NCBI GenBank assembly: GCA_910589135.1
Contig: CAJUSL010000001.1
Coordinates: 68,058-132,057, forward strand
Length of the DNA: 64,000 nt
Source: an uncultured Eggerthellaceae bacterium
GTDB taxonomy: Bacteria; Actinomycetota; Coriobacteriia; Coriobacteriales; Eggerthellaceae
Reading direction: 5' to 3'
The translations under genes were made by a program, and so were the position numbers. Shown piece by piece: positions 62,578 to 64,000 of the stretch. Below the pieces are notes generated by a model. That model was not told the origin of the DNA, did no database searches, and worked only from the letters and a program-made list of their open reading frames with translations. How positions within the stretch are numbered: position 1 is the stretch's first letter; each line of letters begins with the position of its first letter.

Positions 62578-63663
62578 ATGCAGGTGAGGCAGACGAGGCT
62601 GGTCGATTTCCTGGGGGAGCCGGACGTGCAACTCGTCGTGCCGGTGTACCAGCGGGTGTACTCGTGGACGCGCCCGCAGCTGCGTGCGCTTTGGGAAGAC
62701 GTGATGGAAGCCGGGCGGCTGGACAGGCCGCACTTCATGGGCATGGTCTTCTTCGCGGAGGAACGGTCGCATCATGCGGGCGTCAGGCAGCTCGACCTGA
62801 TCGACGGCCAGCAGCGCATGACGACCATGACGCTGCTCATGTGCGCCGTGCGGACCTACCTGTCGCGCACGGGAGCGACGCTGGACGGCTTGGACGCAGA
62901 CGGCGTGGCGCGGAAGTTCCTGAAGCTGGACGTCGGCGGCGACAGCGAGGACGGCGGCGAGGGTGCCGATGAGGGCGTCGGCGACGGCAGCCGGGACGGC
63001 GCGGCGTGCAAGCTGGTGCTTTCGCGCGCCGATGCGCCGACGCTGCGCTGGATCGAAGGCATGGGGATGCGGCCGGCTACCGACGAGGAGTATTCGAAGC
63101 TGGTGGTGGAGGCGTACGAGTGGTTCGTGGCGCGGATGGATGCGGAAGGGTTCGACTTCGCGACGTTCGCCCGGGGCATCGCGCACCTTTATATAGTGGA
63201 GGTGATGATGGGGCCGAGCGACCGCAGGCAGACCGTGTTCGAGTCGCTCAACGCGAAGGGGCTTCCGCTGTCCACCCCGGATTTGGTGCGCAACTTCCTG
63301 CTGATGCGCTCGGAGTTCGACGACAGGTCGTACCTCTACGACACGTATTGGGCGAAGGTCGAGGACGCGTTCTCGACGGATGCCGACGACCGCTATCTGG
63401 CGCACGCCATCCGCATTTGGACGGGGTCGGGCGCTGCCATCAAGGACGACCGCGGCATCTTCGATGCGTTCAAGGCGTCGTTTTCCGGGAAAGACCGGGA
63501 CGAGCTCGAGCGCCGCACGGCCGGACTCGCGGCGTACTGCATCGACTTTCACGAGAAGGTGCTCGCAGGCGACGAGGCGACCATCGAGGCGTGCCGCGAA
63601 TGGGAGGAAGGCCGCGGAAAGGCCGAACGTCTTCGCAACAATCGGCGCATCTTCGGCGACTAG
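62578..63663 (+). CDS. Second DUF262 domain protein (paralog), also without a DUF1524 domain
   Basis: LVVPVYQRVYSW, LIDGQQRMTT and FESLNAKGLPLSTPDLVRNFLL. The strong SD GGAGGGG lies 6 nt before ATG 62578, which is 11 nt after the preceding stop. Confidence 0.85.
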   Translation: MQVRQTRLVDFLGEPDVQLVVPVYQRVYSWTRPQLRALWEDVMEAGRLDRPHFMGMVFFAEERSHHAGVRQLDLIDGQQRMTTMTLLMCAVRTYLSRTGATLDGLDADGVARKFLKLDVGGDSEDGGEGADEGVGDGSRDGAACKLVLSRADAPTLRWIEGMGMRPATDEEYSKLVVEAYEWFVARMDAEGFDFATFARGIAHLYIVEVMMGPSDRRQTVFESLNAKGLPLSTPDLVRNFLLMRSEFDDRSYLYDTYWAKVEDAFSTDADDRYLAHAIRIWTGSGAAIKDDRGIFDAFKASFSGKDRDELERRTAGLAAYCIDFHEKVLAGDEATIEACREWEEGRGKAERLRNNRRIFGD

Positions 63664-63818
63664 GGGGGACGTTCGTATTCGACGCACGGGCCCGGACGTC
63701 CTCGGGCAACTCCTCGCTTCGGAATTCCGCGATGTTGTATATCACGGAATTCCTCGCTCCGGGGGTTTACCGCTCGAACGCCCGGGTCCGTGTGTCGAAA
63801 GCGAACGCCCCCGTCGCG

Positions 63819-64000
63819 CTAGCGCAAACGCACGCGCTCGTAGACCTGCCCGGTCTTCGACATCGACGTGGTGCTGGTGAACACCTTGGCGAGCGCGTTG
63901 CCGAAGGCGACGTCCAGCTGCTCCGGCGTGGTGCCCGACGTACTGGCATGCCACTCGGCGTATTCGTCGACCGACATCCATTCGCCGTCGGGCAGGCAGA
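63819..64000 (-). CDS. 3' end of a gene continuing beyond the window (unknown product)
   Basis: The minus-strand frame is open from the window edge to TAG (complement of 63819-63821) and encodes ...LPDGEWMSVDEYAEWHASTSGTTPEQLDVAFGNALAKVFTSTTSMSKTGQVYERVRLR. No family is recognised. Confidence 0.35.
   Translation of the reverse strand, partial: CLPDGEWMSVDEYAEWHASTSGTTPEQLDVAFGNALAKVFTSTTSMSKTGQVYERVRLR

Noticed and set aside
63720-63753. Pair of CGGAATTCC palindromes 25 bp apart as a bidirectional terminator between the DUF262 gene and the convergent partial gene.
   Set aside because: Only an 8-9-bp AT-containing stem could form, with a ~17-nt loop and no U-tract. This is too weak to call.

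Overview
64-kb chromosomal segment of a high-GC (about 60-65% by eye) Gram-positive bacterium. Gene content suggests Coriobacteriia/Eggerthellaceae (Eggerthella/Gordonibacter-like); this is inference only. The pointers are a sortase-dependent pilus, polytopic LuxR regulators, several Tat-less molybdopterin oxidoreductases paired with MFS transporters, and a Firmicutes-style glgBCDA order. Left to right: (1) signal peptidase I, giant LPXTG adhesin, pilin and class C sortase; (2) a hybrid sensor kinase, a DUF4190 membrane protein and an arylamine N-acetyltransferase; (3) a glycogen synthesis operon in which glgB and glgC form one open frame, followed by glgD and glgA; (4) Mo-oxidoreductase cassette 1 (LuxR, MFS, catalytic subunit, 111-aa ferredoxin, MFS); (5) a 700-bp repeat-rich non-coding gap with a small zinc-ribbon ORF; (6) glgP plus a GH13-GH77 (MalQ) fusion; (7) Mo-oxidoreductase cassette 2 (Fic-like protein, catalytic subunit, DmsB-like FeS subunit, MFS); (8) an OmpR-type two-component system; (9) a structured leader, trkH, an OB-fold membrane protein and rsgA, with overlapping stop/start codons; (10) pdxK, serS and hypothetical proteins; (11) tRNA-Thr(CGT) followed by an intact IS1249-like insertion sequence with 26-bp inverted repeats and an 8-bp target duplication; (12) VanZ-RDD, LysR and Mo-oxidoreductase cassette 3, a paralog of cassette 1; (13) a hypoxanthine/uracil-DNA glycosylase-family gene, TetR and two tandem DUF262-only genes. 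Most interesting: the three cytoplasmic Mo-bisPGD reductase, FeS and MFS cassettes of unknown substrate; a structured intergenic repeat family with 24-26-bp inverted arms; the His/Cys repeat array in the adhesin; the GlgB-GlgC fusion; and the DUF262 pair. No CRISPR array or rRNA gene is present. The many long antisense ORFs in the track are high-GC shadow frames.
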